A stretch of 64,000 nt of DNA, taken from contig OX597818.1 in assembly GCA_951406725.2 (NCBI GenBank), positions 114,824,001 to 114,888,000 on the forward strand, read 5' to 3'. This stretch comes from Octopus vulgaris. Its lineage: Eukaryota. A model generated the notes under the pieces. That model was not told where the DNA came from, did not search any database, and worked only from the letters and a program-made list of their open reading frames with translations. How positions within the stretch are numbered: the stretch's first letter is position 1; each line of letters opens with the position of its first letter. Positions 12,925-25,911 of this stretch are shown one piece after another. A program made the position numbers and the translations under genes.

Positions 12925-14343
12925 TTAGACGTATTCTATTATCTCTTCCACATCCCTGAAGTTCATCACTGCATTTTGAGGTAGACGCTCTCTCATTCGA
13001 CACCTCGTGGAAAATATCACTCTCTCTCCGGTAGCTTCGAGATACTCATCGGCTCCTTCCTCGGGGATTAGAGCAGTCTCCTCCCGCCAATCGGTTCTCC
13101 TGTTGATCCATACATGTCCTTCCGTTTCATATGTTAAATCGCTCATTTCAGGGCAGCTCCTGTAGGTTACTAATATATAATAGTAGTAATCCTTATTCCG
13201 TCCTGTGTATTCCTTCGTCTTCCTTTTCGGACTTATTTCCTCTTTGTTCTCCTCTCTTTGTTTCTCTATTTCTCTCTTTTTGCCTTCTCTTCTTTCTCCT
13301 TCCTTCTCTTGTCTTTTTGGCTCTTTGTCTGTTTTCTCTTTATCTCGTACTTTATGTTCCTTTCCTGTAGTTTCTTTTTCCTTTTGTGTACCGTCCTTTC
13401 TTTTCGCTTGACTCTGTTCCCTCTCTTGTTTTTTCCTGTTGTTTCTCTTTCCTTTTTTTTCTCTTGACTCTGTTTTGGTTCTATTAATTCCTTCCCTTTG
13501 ATTTCTTTTTCCTTCATTGTCTTATTATTTCCCTTCTCTTGTTGTTTTGTTTCCTTTTCTTTGCTTTCTTTCTCATTTAGTGTATTGTTCTTTTCTTCCA
13601 GTTCCCTTTCCTGCTCACACTCCGCTACGAATTCATATAGCGGGCATTCCTTTTTAATGTGCCCCCTTGTCCCGTACAAGTAGCAGTTGGATTTTCTCCC
13701 CTCCACGATTACGCTAAGGGTTTTTTTCGTTTTCTATCTCAATTTTGAAGGGAAACCTTTCAATATCTTCTGTTGTGGTCATCAGCCACAATTCTACTCC
13801 GTATCCTTTCCAGTTCACTACGTTGGACTCCTTGATTGATTCTATTTCTACTTCCTCTTCTGCTGACCCTAGAATGGCTGTTGCCAGCCATTCTGTCTTC
13901 ACTTCTGGGGGTACATTCGAGATTTTAACTCGAACCCCTCTTCTTCCCTTATATGAAGGCCACATGGTAAATTTTTCGGCTCTTAGTACGGCGGTAGCCA
14001 GCGAGGCTGCAACTTCCTCTGTTGTACACCTCACCTCCACCGTACCAAATTGCTTGCCTCTGTTCACAAAAGTAATTTTCTCCATTATGTCTCCCAGACA
14101 TTTTTCAATTTCGTCTATCGCTATTCTTGCTAGCTTCCTTGTACTCCTATCTTGGGTTCTGTAGGTCACTGTCTTATTTTCCTTGTCCTCTTTTGTTTTA
14201 GCAGGGGGGATTAGCATCACGCTGTCACCCTCCCTTTTAAAGAGTTTCTCACATTCTTTAAGTTTTTCCTTCTCAAAGAATACTTCCCTTACAATAAGTG
14301 ACGAATCACTTTTCAATGTAGCGACCCCCGCGTAAGTCTCCAT
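12925..14343 (-). pseudogene. Tx1-type ORF1 protein (RRM-like region plus zinc knuckle), disrupted
   Basis: ORFs 13714-14343, 13266-13706 and 12925-13146. GKQFGTVEVR..VRVKISNVPPEV..W aligns by eye to GPQFNTVVVR..RITIKNVPPDI..W of ORF1 at 32745-33461. Knuckle C-YL-Y-GTRG-H-IKKE-C has its second Cys lost. Frameshift in an A-run near 13725. Confidence 0.8.
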
Positions 14344-14643
14344 GGCTAGAGGGTCGACTCACCTTCTTCAAAAGGTTCCAACACGTGGAGGCAAGCGCCT
14401 CGCGCGATACAATATCAATTTCACACACAGAAAAAACCAACTTCTTATCACTATAAACAACACCTGGATAATAAATTAGTCCTACCAACTCAAAAGCTCC
14501 ATCGTAGCTAACTTGTGTAATATATATCTGACAAGAAGGTTCCACATGATACGATCAGCGGAACAGCTTGCTCGTGAAATTAATAAGATACTACTAGAAA
14601 TGCTTCATTTGATAATAATAACAGGGTGTTCACCTTTGTATCT

Positions 14644-14876
14644 TATTTCTTTATTGCCCACAAGGGGCTAAACATACAGAGGACAAACAAGGACAGACAA
14701 ACGGATTAAGTCGATTACATCGACCCCAGTGCGTAACTGGTACTTCATTTATCGACCCCGAAAGGATGAAAGGCAAAGCCTACCTCGGTGGAATTTGAAC
14801 TCAGAACGTAGCGGCAGATGAAATATCGCTAAGCATTTCGCCCGGCGTGCTAACCTTTCTGCCAGCTCGCCGCCTT
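14644..14876 (-). mobile_element. SINE family M full-length monomer, tail A
   Basis: Complete head (AAGGCGGCGAGCTGGCAG), core and GCCCCTTGTGGGCAATAAAGAAATA tail. Confidence 0.9.
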
Positions 14877-15493
14877 GTCACACACAAACACTCACCGTAC
14901 GTATAAGAATGTGTTGATCCAATGGCTATCCCTATAGTTTTTGTTTCTAAATTCTCTGTTAAAACTTTTGTCGATCGAGAATTTGGAAGAAGAAGAAATA
15001 TGTTTTAACGACATTATAAAGTAAGGTCGAACCGATCAAGTGATTGCGTGGCACATTTTCTTCTCCACAACTCCATAACGAAAGTTTGCTTGAATTTTGC
15101 TAAACATTGACACCGAAGTGCTTAGAGCAGCTTCATATCGGAACGTATGCCATTTAATGCAAGCATATGTTGGTAGTAACTATGATTTAAAGCTAAGAAT
15201 AAAACGTACAACAGTTATCCATTATTCTTGCCAAGCAGCTAGCTGATGCGTAGTGTCGGCCAGACAAAAGTTTCAGGTACGGGCTTCAAATCGATAAATT
15301 TCCATGTGCGCATATATCAGTTGGAAACTATTTACAAGTGCATATGTATGTATGTAGGTGAATATATACAAATATTCAAGTATATATGTAGGTAAGCAGG
15401 CACACGCACACGCACATACACACACACACACACTCACATACAAAGAAATATATGCATGTGCCAAATTTTATTTCTGTATAACAGATAGGTTAT

Positions 15494-15579
<86 letters not shown>

Positions 15580-15580
15580 G

Positions 15581-15649
<69 letters not shown>

Positions 15650-15742
15650 TTGATGTATATGTGTATGATTATTTAGCTGTGTTCACACAAACTTAAACAG
15701 TCACAGATACAAATACGCACAGTTATACAAGTGTAGTTATGA

Positions 15743-16078
15743 TGGTTTCAAACCCTAGCAGAACCAGCAGTTTTGAGGAGAGGGTGAAATCGATTACATC
15801 ACCCTCCAGTGCTTAACTGGTAATTAGTCTAGTTTATCGATTCCGAAACGATGAAAGGTAAAGTCAATCTCGGCGGAATTTGAACTCAGAATGTAAAGAC
15901 TGACGAACGGTTTGTCCAACGTGCTAACGGTTCTTATTTCTTTACTGCCCACAAGGGGCTACACACAGAGGGGACAAACAAGGACAGACAAAGAGATTAA
16001 GTCGATTACATCTACCCCAGTGCGCAACTGGTACTTAATTTTATCGACTCCGAAAGGATGAAAGGCAAAGTTGACCCG
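15743..16078 (-). mobile_element. Two adjacent SINE family M pieces (tail B at 15743-15933; tail-A 3' part at 15935-16078)
   Basis: Core and tail matches to the other family M copies. Confidence 0.8.
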
Positions 16079-16177
16079 TTGGGTATGACGTTTCCAAATT
16101 TCTGAGTGGGTGAATAGCGTCAGTGTGCTGTTTTACTTACACATGGTGCCCAACTTTACCGGACAATCACCGTCACT

Positions 16178-16481
16178 GGACTATAATCTCTTCGGCCCCA
16201 TGAAAGAGGGTTTGAGAGGCAAACATTATTCCAGAGACGAGGAAGTGAAAACTGCAGTGAAGAAATGGCTCTAAGAACAGTCAACAGAATTTTACGGGGT
16301 AGGGATATATGCTCTCATTCGAAAGTGGAACATTACTATTGAGAGAAACTGTAACTATGTTGAGAAGTAGGGATGTGATCCACAGAGGACCAGCTTCATT
16401 TTGATGTATGATACATGTTCCTCTGTTGGTTGTTATACCTAACCTAAACAAGATGGCGTTACTTCTTGACTCACCCTCGTA
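16178..16481 (+). mobile_element. Mariner transposon 3' fragment with right TIR
   Basis: DYNLFGPMKEGLRGKHYSRDEEVKTAVKKWL*EQSTEFY..GIYALIRKW...YVEK is a mariner transposase C-terminus. Ends in TTACTTCTTGACTCACCCTCGTA (TACGAGGG-type TIR plus TA). Confidence 0.9.
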
Positions 16482-16558
16482 TATACATACATATGTATAT
16501 ATGTATAACTGTCCGATGAACGGCAACGGGACACTCAGAGTAACAGGTTTTGTTGAAT

Positions 16559-16648
16559 ATTCTGCTGCTTTAAATAAAGCATATTACTCTACCACTGGTA
16601 TTTGAGTACTCTTTTTTCCACCTTGTTTCACATTTATGTGTTTACTCC

Positions 16649-16689
<41 letters not shown>

Positions 16690-16776
16690 CTGCTGCTTTT
16701 AAATAAAGCATATTACTCTACCTCTAGTATTTGAGTACTCTTTTTTCCACATTGTTTCACATTTATGTGCTTACTC

Positions 16777-16779
<3 letters not shown>
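16559..16779 (+). repeat. ~90-bp direct duplication separated by (TA)n, possibly a Penelope pLTR-like terminus
   Basis: TTCTGCTGCTTTAAATAAAGCATATTACTCTACC...ATTTATGTG.TTACTCCG occurs at 16560-16650 and 16688-16779. Confidence 0.75.
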
Positions 16780-16831
<52 letters not shown>

Positions 16832-16859
16832 CATATATATACATACGCACACACACACA

Positions 16860-17060
16860 TATAGTTCAAATTTACAGCAAACAAATGACGAAAAGAGATG
16901 AAGGGACAGCAAGCAGGTGTGATAGTTTAACGCTCAGGAAGAATGAAAAAGTCTTTGATGTTTCAAGTCTACGCTCTCCGACAGAGAGGATTGAGTGGAT
17001 AAAAATGAAGAGAGAACGACTAAAAAAAAAACAGAGAGAAAAATACGTAGGGATTAACAG
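16860..17060 (-). mobile_element. Short non-autonomous element with degenerate hammerhead-like motif (family H)
   Basis: Minus strand CTGTCGGAGAGCGTAGACTTGAAACATC...TTCCTGAGCG. Related to 21030-21220, 53470-53565 and 58847-59010. Confidence 0.55.
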
Positions 17061-17492
17061 TTGAACATGATATATATGTGTGTGTATATGCGTGTATGTA
17101 TGTGTGTGAGTGTGTGGAGGATTTATGCGTACGTATGAGCATTTGTATCTGTGTATTATTTAAATCTGTCTAATTACAACAGAATGAGCCTTATTAAGTT
17201 GCTTCATTTCGTAATTTCTTATTTTCTACTCTGAAGACCATCGTAATTACCGTTATCAACTGTAGCAACATATGTTGTATGACATTTAAGACACCCATTT
17301 CTTTAGATATTTCATTGTAAGCTATGATCTTATTTTAAACTGCCTGTAATTATTGTTACATTTATAAAAGATTTTCGTTATTTGGAATTAATCATATTCG
17401 TCACATTCGAGTGGCGTCAGGACTTCCAGCCTCCCTTGCCATTCCAGAGGAGCAAAATCTCATTTTATTGGTATCTGATGTACCGTATGTAG

Positions 17493-17678
17493 TGTGGCGA
17501 TTTGGTAGAATCGCTACCGCGCCAGACTAAAAGGTTAGCAGCATTACGTCCGTCTTTACGTTCTGAGTTCAAATCCCGCCGAGGACGACTTTGCCTTCCA
17601 TCATTTTCAGGGTTGATAAAATAGTCGACTTAACTATTATCCCGAAATTACCGGCTTTGTGTTTAAGTTTAAAACCAA
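17493..17678 (+). mobile_element. SINE family M, tail B, degenerate
   Basis: TGGCGATTTGGTAGAATCG...GAGTTCAAATCCCGCCGAGG..GACTTTGCCTT. Confidence 0.75.
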
Positions 17679-18130
17679 ACGTTTCGTACAGTCAAGTTGT
17701 CGCCTCATAATTTCAGGGACCGTTTCATTTTTTAATCATCAAATTCAATTGCTGACAAATAATTCACATAGAAGACACTTGACCTCAATTGCAATAGGCG
17801 GAGGTGATAAGGGTCTTGCATCAAACATTTGTAAAACATCGAGTCAACGCCCAATGTAATCCGTTTACAAGTCGTTTGGCAATAACGATTTCCTCCGCAC
17901 TTGATGGCTTCTCTCAAATCATTTTCAACAAGTATTATGTATTAGGTTTTTCGTGTTTGATCTTAAATTCACCAGCGGCGCAGATAAACAGGATAACCAC
18001 TCCAAAGTAGACAGTGATGTGCAGCGTGGGCAAAAAGTTACCGCCATTTTATTTCGAACTAAAAAATGCAAACGCGAGAATGAAGGTGATGAAGAAGTCA
18101 CGTCGAAAAAAAGACGTGCGTTCTTATATA

Positions 18131-18165
18131 CTAGCTGACCCCGTGCCGTCAAATATGACGGCTAA
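18131..18165 (-). mobile_element. Helitron-like 3' terminus (5' extent not determined)
   Basis: Hairpin GCCGTCA-aata-TGACGGC about 10 nt before a terminal CTAG followed by T on the minus strand. Confidence 0.55.
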
Positions 18166-18475
18166 TTTTAGTATTTATATATATAAATAAGGTACACAAT
18201 AAGTGACATAATAATCACACATACAAACATTCACTACGTCCCTTCTACACGTACGCTCACATCAACACATATTCACACAGAGGTGAAACGCTGATTTGTT
18301 TTTCACCCCTTCCTTCCTTATTGATCTAGCACCCCTTCCTTTCTCTCATTGCTATTACATTCTCTCACTCCCTCTTAGTCAGGGCTATTACTCTCATTAC
18401 TTTCCGTCGCTGAATTACTATTTTCTCTCCTTCTCCACACCCGGCATGATCCTGGACCAATATATATATATATAT

Positions 18476-18868
18476 AACTTATAAAATAAGGGCAAAAGAA
18501 AAATTCTAATGCCAAATATGCCGAAAAAAAGACAAAATTGTCAATAACCATCATAATTTATGCGTCTCGAAACATGCCGATAGAAATTTCTAAAAAATTC
18601 CGTTATTACCATATTGGTCCAAATTTCGGGGATAATTCATAAGAAGTTTCCCCTCGTCAGCGATAAATACGTAAGACATAAATGAAATACTTACTCATAC
18701 CCATGGAAAAAGCAAGCACTAAGTCCTGAGCAGACCTAAGTACCCCAAATATATCAAAAATAGAAAATCTTCAGCACATCTCGAGACACGTGTGATTCGA
18801 TCTAGAAACATTCACAGAGTAAGAGAATTTGGCATTAGAATTTTTCTTTTGCCCTTATTTTATAAGTT
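18476..18868. repeat. ~42-bp inverted repeat with ~310-bp spacer
   Basis: AACTTATAAAATAAGGGCAAAAGAAAAATTCTAATGCCAAAT (18476-18517) and its reverse complement (18826-18868). Confidence 0.85.
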
Positions 18869-19185
18869 ATTTATAAATTTAACCTTTAAAGGTATTTTTT
18901 GATATGCTGGCCATTGATAAAAATTTTTTTCGAAAATACTTTTATCCTACATTAGTATATATATAAGTTGCATATATATTATACTCAAGAACCAAGAAAA
19001 TATATTATTCATATATAATCAAATAAGGATTTTATTTTATTTCTTAACTGAAATTAACCCGAGTTTCCGCATGGACACATTTACAAGCCGCATCACGATA
19101 TTAATAATCATATTTCGCAATTCCTTCAAGTTCTGAATCCTGTAACAAATGTTTCATCACGCAGAGAATGACCGGATGTATATAG

Positions 19186-19297
<112 letters not shown>

Positions 19298-19319
19298 GTT
19301 TGCATACGTATATATATAT

Positions 19320-20000
19320 ATACAGAAAAACCAACGATGTTCTGTCATACATAAATATAAATTCAAAATCAGCCACCATTCTTAATCAAAAGAAATTCGT
19401 TGGCAGCATCGGCAAGAGAGTTTCAAAATTTTCTTTTGATAAAGAAACCTTCTACCAAGCTTTACCAGTCTGTATTAAATCCCTAAAACCAAAAGGATAT
19501 AACAGTCAGCAGCAAATACGTAACAAAGTCATCACAAACAGATGCAGCTGCTCAGGAAATAAGATATGCTCATTTCAGGGAACAAATATTTTTTAAGCTA
19601 CTCTCATGGAAAGGATATCCAAAAAGAAACTATATTGCCTCTGCTGCAGAATTTATGGACACATGCACACAACATACAAATTCTGGGTTATACACAATGG
19701 AAAAATATTCTTCTCCAAACGTTGCTTGGAGTTAAAAGAAGATATCAGTACAAAAACGAAATGGGAAATTATAGACTGTGCATCACTCTAAGTGAGAACT
19801 TTTGCTTTCTTCTCTCTCTGCAGCACAGGAAAATGTCACAAAATTGCACAAAATATAAATACTTTAAAGAGAAACGGATTTATATCACGGGGCAGGCAAG
19901 AAATAACATTCATTTTCAACTATGATGAATTGAACAGCAAAGGCTCTATACGCACAGAAATGACGCCACACACACATATATACACTCAACCATGTGCACA
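19320..20000 (+). mobile_element. Degenerate Penelope-like element fragment (RT thumb/linker toward GIY-YIG)
   Basis: YRKTNDVLSYININS...SIGKRVSKFSFDKETFYQALP...SLKPKGY resembles the PLE motif YRKPN..YINxxSNHP...ISKRISxLS..F..A.P.Y..AL..SGY. Confidence 0.6.
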
Positions 20001-20379
20001 AAAATACCTTATACATATGTAATATGCGGAACATAGACCGTCATAAAACTGCTTCTTCGGCATAATTTCGAAAACCCTATGAAGTGACCACGCAGCTGCA
20101 GATGGATACACCTGTACAAATCCAAAGAACAAACAATACGTTATTAGGTATATTCCGTTTTACACACTCACGCGTACACATGACCATACCCTTGAATCGA
20201 GAAAACAAGGATATCGCCCCACACACAACAAAATACCACAACAGCTTCAAGAAACTCAAACACGTACACACAAATAGCGCAAGCTTAAATTTCAGATGTT
20301 TACAGCAAAACCACAACACACCTAAACCATTCGGTAATATAAATAACACACCATATTTCACAGGTAACAAAACTAATAA

Positions 20380-20758
20380 TCTATATATATAAAGCTGAAG
20401 TTGTCCGTGTATGGCAGGTTTGGTAGCCTTCAACTAACACTATCTCCTCCGAGACCAAAAGTTGACCAAAATTGGGAGTATGATAGAAGGCTTGCTCTTC
20501 CTTCTGTAGAAGAAAAAATTCAAATCGGACCATGTTAACACCAAAAATTATTTACATCAAAAAGGTGCTTTTTTCCTATGAAAATCCTTATTTTTTACAA
20601 TTGTTTCACTGCTGTGTCGCCATTTTTCGGTGTATTTCAACCAGAAAAATGTTCACTTAAAGAGAATAACAAGCTACATAACGCAAAATTTTACTTTTCA
20701 AAAATTCCAATTCTAAAGGGTCAAAACAAACCCGAGCAACGCCGGGCGATACTGCTAA
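20380..20758 (+). mobile_element. Non-autonomous Helitron
   Basis: A|TCTATATATATAAA 5' end. 3' hairpin CCCG-agcaacgc-CGGG, then ...CTAA|T (CTRR terminus). Inserted at an AT site with no TSD. Confidence 0.75.
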
Positions 20759-20859
20759 TCATGCATAAAGTAACTCACATACCCCAACACACACACACAC
20801 AGACATATATGAGATACTTCTGTAAATTTCCTTGCTTTGTGTAAAAAAAAACACAGGGG

Positions 20860-21030
20860 GATCAGTTAATCGTGATTTTATTCAACGTATACCCCTCTCA
20901 GATTCACGCCACTTATTGCTGCGGTTCTTCAGTTTTTCCAAACCTGTAAAAGAACTGGGAAGTTTGGGCGTCCAACCAAACCTTTCGCGATACACTTAAA
21001 GCCAGGAACTTTTCAGCACCCTCTCGTGTG
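20860..21030 (-). mobile_element. Internally deleted mariner derivative
   Basis: TIR-like CGAGAGGGTGCTGAAAAGTT at the right end, followed on the minus strand by GLEKLKNR...VNLRGVYVE* (mariner C-terminus). Confidence 0.7.
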
Positions 21031-21220
21031 TACCGTTGGCGACTTTTTTTGCTCTGTCTTCCCTTCTCTGGATCTTTCCTTCTCCTATGTTTCCGACGAA
21101 GAGCTCCGCTCGAAACGTTAAACCCTCCTTCTTTCCTTCTTTCCTGAGCGTCCAATAATACTATATTTGTTCCACGTCCTCGCGTTGTGTTTTCTTGTGC
21201 TTTCTTGTTTGGATTAACTA
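21030..21220 (+). mobile_element. Family H short element carrying a minimal type-I hammerhead-like motif
   Basis: GTTT-CCGACGA-A-GAGC-tcc-GCTC-GAAA-CGTT-AAAC at 21089-21123; abuts (TA)n. Confidence 0.6.
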
Positions 21221-21398
21221 TAAATATATATATATATATATATACATGCAGCACGTAATTTTGTCAGTGAACAGGTCGCGGTCTCAAAGCGACGAAAATA
21301 TTTTGGTAAATTAAATATAATTGTTGAAGTGAATCTAACGGTATTTGTGTGTTTCTTAAATGGCTTATGAACACCTTCCACGCTGCTATTGTTTTTGC

Positions 21399-21536
<138 letters not shown>

Positions 21537-21641
21537 TGTATGTATGTATGTATGTATGAATGTATGTGAGTATGTATATATATATATATATACATATATT
21601 TATATATATACATACATACATATACATATATATATAAATAA

Positions 21642-21725
<84 letters not shown>

Positions 21726-22598
21726 AAGATTTGAGTGTGTACGTGCAGTTTGTATTATTTAAATTCTTTCGTTTAAATTCGTGTAATCACGAAGCTTCAA
21801 TCGTTTGAATTATTTTTATTTTCCGCTCCGTCGCTCTTGTACTCAATAATCCAAATAAATCGTACATCTAAATAATTGCAATCTTATTTCATGTCATTTT
21901 TAGAAATGGAGTCTTTGAACATTACTTAAATATTTACTCCAACATTCCATATGAATATTATGGTATCTGAAATTCTATACGCTTACCATTTATTTTTTCC
22001 CCAGAGTATCCTTTATCTCAGAAGTTCAATACGGTTACATATTCCAATAATCTTTTATGTTGATTTGGTGTTACAATCCTATATCTAATAAGATGTTTTC
22101 AGATCATTGACACTTTACGATATTAACTTATTCCAAATTTCATACTTTTGTTATCGTTACTCCGCAACATTGTTGCGAACTACAATACAGTGTTGGATGT
22201 ATTTTCTGAGCCAGAAATCTACATACACACTTTCACTCTCTTCCTGTTTCAAAATGTAACCCCACGTGTGTGTGTGTGTGCGTATGTGTGTTTTATAAGT
22301 GTGTGTACGTGTGTATGGCTTTATACGTATATGTATATTTATATATATTTGTGTAGGTATATATACGTATAACTTGGTTTATATGTGGAGAACTACGTTG
22401 CACAGAAACAATTGTAGTGATTGAAAATGAATGTACAACCCCTCTACTTCTTGTTGACTCAATTTTTTTTCAGTTATCTATCCACACATGGCAGATGCAC
22501 AAATGTAAGCCTAGAAGTAAGAATAATACTACTACTGGATAGCACAGGGTAAATCTGAAGGTGGACGACCTTTATATTGTACTCTACTATAATAACAC

Positions 22599-22643
<45 letters not shown>

Positions 22644-23501
22644 CACTCACACGCGCGCACATTATATAATAATCTCGTCGTTATTTGTATTGTTCAACAA
22701 CAAGCTTCTCCTCATCCACCAACCGTATAATCGAAAGACATTCTAACCATGACCATCATGTCAATCATATGTACTCTTTCTGTTTTCAATCTGGTATAAT
22801 TTTAGAGAGATTCATTTGCCATTCCTACCAGGTCGACTGAATAGTGTGCGGTGTCCCTCAACTCGACTTCGAATCACGTAGAAGTTAACGCGTCGATGGC
22901 GATACATACCAGTTAGATATGAATTATTAGTCCGAGAGTAAGTCTTATAATGTCTTACGTCTTCAGCCATTGCTGTTCTTTCCGATTTTTTAAAACACAT
23001 AATAACGTACAAATATTCCTGGCGACACATCGCAAGTAGAAATTAAATCACAAGTAGAGAGAAAATTAATAACATGTCAGTGAGAATTACATTGTCTTGT
23101 GATTTCATTGTTGTTTTATTTTTAAGACAAAATAGGTTTTGAGGTATTTTTCAATAACGTAATGAAATCACTGCATTATCATACCAACTACTTTGTTAAT
23201 ACAAAGTGCTTTGGTGCCATCTTCAACGTTTTCCAACAAAAATGCGTTAAATTATCACAGAAGATTATATATATTATTTTTCCTTTTGTCTGCTACTTTT
23301 TTCAGTCATTGGACTGCGGCCAAGTTGGGGCAATACCTTGAAGGTTTTTATTAAGTCGGAAAGATCGACTCCAGTTCTTATCTTTTTATGAAAGTCTGGT
23401 ACTTATCGGTTTTGCCGGACTGCAAGGATACGTCGATGTTAACAAAACAACAAAGAGAGATACACGTACACACGCATACACATACTCACAGATAGACAGA
23501 C

Positions 23502-23575
<74 letters not shown>

Positions 23576-23652
23576 TGCCAACTTGAGGAAGTGCATTCTA
23601 CGTTGGCATTGCTTTGATGTATATATATATATATATATATACACACACATAC

Positions 23653-23724
<72 letters not shown>

Positions 23725-23760
23725 GTATGTATGTTGGCATGTATATATGTATTATGTATG

Positions 23761-23838
<78 letters not shown>

Positions 23839-23849
23839 TATAGATGCGT

Positions 23850-24085
23850 GTCTGTCTGTCTATGATTGGGCGTGATTGAGCGTGTCTGTTCCCACCCTGA
23901 CAATTGGTGTTGTTTCGTTTACATCACCATAACTTGGTGGTTCGGTAGAAGAGAACGATGCAATAAGTATCAGACTTCTAAAATGTAAGTACTGTGATCA
24001 GTTTGCTTCGACTAAAACCTTGAAGTTGGGGCCCCAGCAAACCCGCAGACTAATGAGTGAAACAAGCGAAAACGAAAAGATAATG
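23850..24085 (+). mobile_element. SINE family O 3' half (a minus-strand 3' half also lies at 23290-23460)
   Basis: TGACAATTGGTGTTG..GTTTACATCACCATAACTT..GGTTCGG...TTCGACTAAAACCTTGAAG. Confidence 0.7.
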
Positions 24086-24659
24086 AAAGCCTACACCTTA
24101 TCATTAGACATACAAGAAATAACAAACACAACTTACTGAAATCACACACAATCATTTAAACTGGAAAAAGGACACACAGGAAAATACGATGTTTGGATGG
24201 ATACAGTATAAAACTGAGAATGGCGACGACTTTTATCGAAACGCTAAAATCTTTGAAATCGGCAACTTTGCAAGCTGCATTTAGCAAAAAGTTCGTTTAC
24301 TTTCTAAGCACAAAGTTGCGATAATTATAAAGAATATAGTTGTTGAAGGAGTGATACTTTATGGTAAAGCCAGTTTATCAGGAATGCAAGGTCGTATTTT
24401 CCTTATAAGACAAATTTCGTGATTTGCCTCAGAAGACGTTAACAAATAGTTGCACTTTGCCTGAAGCGCGCACATGACAAATTGCATATTACTTTCACGG
24501 TGCCTTAGATATGTGGCGTTAGGAAAACTTCAACTGAAGGATTAAATAAGATAAATGGGAATGGTAAGGCAGTAGTTATATATATGCAATGGAGAAAGAA
24601 AGAGGAGGGGAATAGGAAGAAGGCGCAGATACAAAGATTACCGAATACCAACAGTAGGC

Positions 24660-24661
24660 TT

Positions 24662-24715
<54 letters not shown>

Positions 24716-24971
24716 TTATACGTATATGCATTCATATACATATTTTACACACACACACATACTCACACAAACACGCACGCAAATACACACACATATATAC
24801 ATATATATATCATATATATATATATATCATATATATATATATATATATATGCATATATATATATATATATACATACATACACACACATATATATACATAT
24901 ATATATCATATATATATATGCATATATATATATACATACATACATACACACACATATATATATATATACAT

Positions 24972-25008
<37 letters not shown>

Positions 25009-25030
25009 CACACATACATACACACATACA

Positions 25031-25066
<36 letters not shown>

Positions 25067-25208
25067 TACACACACATACATACATACATACATACATACA
25101 TACATACATACATGCATACATACATACTTATATACATACTTATATACATACATACATACATACATATATACATGCATACATTCATACATACATACATACA
25201 TACATACA

Positions 25209-25239
<31 letters not shown>

Positions 25240-25675
25240 TAATATTCAGAGCCAGGCTTGTAATTCTTTAGATTCTGCAAATTTCAATTAAACTACAATT
25301 AACGTGTAACAGGACATGTACATTAAACACACACAAGCACACACACACATACACACACACAGACGCACAGATACAGAGTCACATATATTAATAGGTGCGC
25401 GATATATATTATATGAAATACAAATCATACATACAGAGACTTCATATGTATAGACACATACCTTGTCGCATGCATACACACACAAGCCTACATACACGCT
25501 CACTTATTCATGTATATAAATATGAATGTGTATTGTGTATGCGTTATATAAGTATATACTTGCATACTTTATAGACATGCACATCTCTCTACCTTTGCAT
25601 GTATATGTGTGTGTGTTTGTATATATGTATATATCAATATATATATATATATACATATGCGCACACACACACATG

Positions 25676-25745
<70 letters not shown>

Positions 25746-25780
25746 CTTATATAGAGAGAGACATACATACCTACATAGAG
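24660..25780. repeat. Long compound (TA)/(CA)/(TACA)n microsatellite field
   Basis: Directly visible. Confidence 0.95.
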
Positions 25781-25786
25781 AGAAGC

Positions 25787-25834
25787 AGATAGCTAGATAG
25801 ATAGATAGATAGCTAGATAGATAGATAGACAGAC

Positions 25835-25910
<76 letters not shown>
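25787..25910. repeat. (GATA)n microsatellite, left flank of the Tx1 array (further segments at 27298-27383, 28433-28495 and 34254-34435)
   Basis: Directly visible. Confidence 0.97.
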
Positions 25911-25911
25911 T

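Larger units (their letters stand above)
12415..14469 (-). mobile_element. ORF1-only (HAL1-like) non-autonomous Tx1-related retroelement
   Basis: Perfect 14-bp TSD AATAAATTAGTCCT (12401-12414 and 14470-14483). Short 5'UTR, GCCATGG start, Tx1-type ORF1, tandem-repeat 3'UTR and a Tx1-like 3' tail with AATAAA plus an A-run. No endonuclease or RT sequence. Confidence 0.85.

Noticed and set aside
17680-18120. Coding-looking segment on the minus strand next to a Helitron-like end
   Set aside because: Multiple stops and no family motif I can identify.
23500-23840. Other (GATA)n tracts (also 56365-56390) as possible Tx1 insertion sites
   Set aside because: No Tx1 sequence is adjacent, so these are empty sites.
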